Of a stretch of 64,000 bases of DNA, positions 62,958 to 64,000 are shown in pieces. The stretch covers positions 699,614-763,613 of the forward strand of contig NW_003314334.1 in NCBI RefSeq assembly GCF_000143415.4, in the 5' to 3' direction. The notes beneath the pieces were generated by a model, which searched no databases, was not told where the DNA came from, and saw only the letters and a program-made list of their open reading frames with translations. Source of the stretch: Selaginella moellendorffii. Lineage: Eukaryota; Plantae; Lycopodiophyta. The translations under genes and the position numbers were made by a program. Within the stretch, counting starts at the first letter, position 1. Each line of letters opens with the position of its first letter.

Positions 62958-63240
62958 ATGGAAATTACTAGTAAGAGCGTTCCATTGTGGTGGTTCTTCT
63001 TATCTGTTTCAATAATTATGACTTGGGCCATTACTTTCTATGTTTTCACCATTTACATCACTTTTTATCCTCCAAAGTGGCACTGCCCAAGTGTATTGTC
63101 AAAGAGACTGCAATGCACTAAACCTTGGCTACCATTGGGGTTTTACGTCAGATTACTTGGCTTATGTAACAATTGGGCCAAAGTACTCTGCGATTTGATA
63201 TTGGCAGCTTGTTTGCTTCACTCACCACATATATACTTTT
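62958..63240 (+). pseudogene. Family A exon 1 only, frameshifted; exon 2 deleted
   Basis: MEITSKSVPLWWFF...PPKWHCPS then an out-of-frame deletion. Confidence 0.8.
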
Positions 63241-63369
63241 TTGGTTGATGCAAAGATTTGCAGTACTGTCAGAGTGCGAGGGGGCCATGGGGAAAATCCT
63301 TGCCACTTCTTCGAGTGAGCCTGATATTATTGTAGTTTAAAACACAAATAAGGTGGCCAAATGCCACTG

Positions 63370-64000
63370 CGTTGGCGAGCCCTGTCTGAGTCTTCCAGGA
63401 ATCCATTCTGGGCGTAGCACAGCAGTAGATTCGTCCATGATACGAGATCCTTGGCCGGCATTCTCCCTGGTGCGCGAGCTCCGTGATCATCGAGTTCCGT
63501 GTCACTCTGAGACGCGATCGAACATAGCCTGGCAGTCGCGGATCCGGGAGGCTGCCACATATACGAGACAAGATCGCGGAAATCCATCCCATCAAACGTG
63601 TTCTTGGCAAGCGCAAGATGCCCGGACTGAGCATACAGTGTAATGAGCGAGTTCCAAGAGACCACGGTGATCCGGCATGGAAACGAAGATCTTCTTCGCT
63701 TGGCCGAGATTGGAGCTCCGGATGTAGAATTGCACGACCTCGTTGCACGACACGAGATGTCGCGATGGGGCATTCGATCGAAGAGCCGGGATGATCTAAG
63801 ACCTCGGCGGCATTGGAGGGATTTCGGCGATCCATCTCTTGTATTCCACCAATCCGCCGATGAGAGAGGGCAGGCAGGCACGAAGACATCGTCTCGAGCA
63901 AACTCTCGGCCTTCCGATCTCGCGAGAGTAGTGATCCCATTGGAACGATGCCATAGTCAGCGATCATAGGCGACCATAGACACGAACTGATCGCGGGCGA
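63370..64000 (-). pseudogene. PLS-class PPR pseudogene (third copy, runs off window)
   Basis: VSWNSLITLYAQSGH and MPAKDLVSWTNLLLCYAQNG. Confidence 0.9.

Overview
Eukaryotic plant nuclear DNA. PLS/DYW-type PPR remnants, 44-55 nt GT-AG introns and plant Ty3/gypsy elements suggest a lycophyte such as Selaginella (inference, not verified). The window is a heavily rearranged repeat and pseudogene cluster. (1) 5.8-20.8 kb holds three copies of a short-LTR non-chromovirus Ty3/gypsy element, with a tRNA-Ala-type PBS, a 4-bp TSD on one copy, and a G_GGA_AAC slippery site plus pseudoknot -1 frameshift signal. One copy carries two nested, oppositely oriented solo LTRs of a second family. (2) 21-64 kb is a mosaic of direct and inverted segmental duplications. 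It carries a chromovirus, PPR pseudogenes and fragments of host genes (PGDH, TKPR1/DFR-like reductase split by an inversion, USP, tRNA-Asp, two NUP107 copies, a DYW domain). (3) The only apparently intact genes are three two-exon, 268-aa members of an expanded membrane-protein family. They look like an internally deleted, C-terminally truncated derivative of organic cation transporters (OCT/SLC22-like MFS). About ten more degenerate copies occur, interleaved with two other uncharacterised membrane-protein families. Several small inversions distinguish paralogous blocks. All homology calls are from motif recognition by eye; no database search was run.
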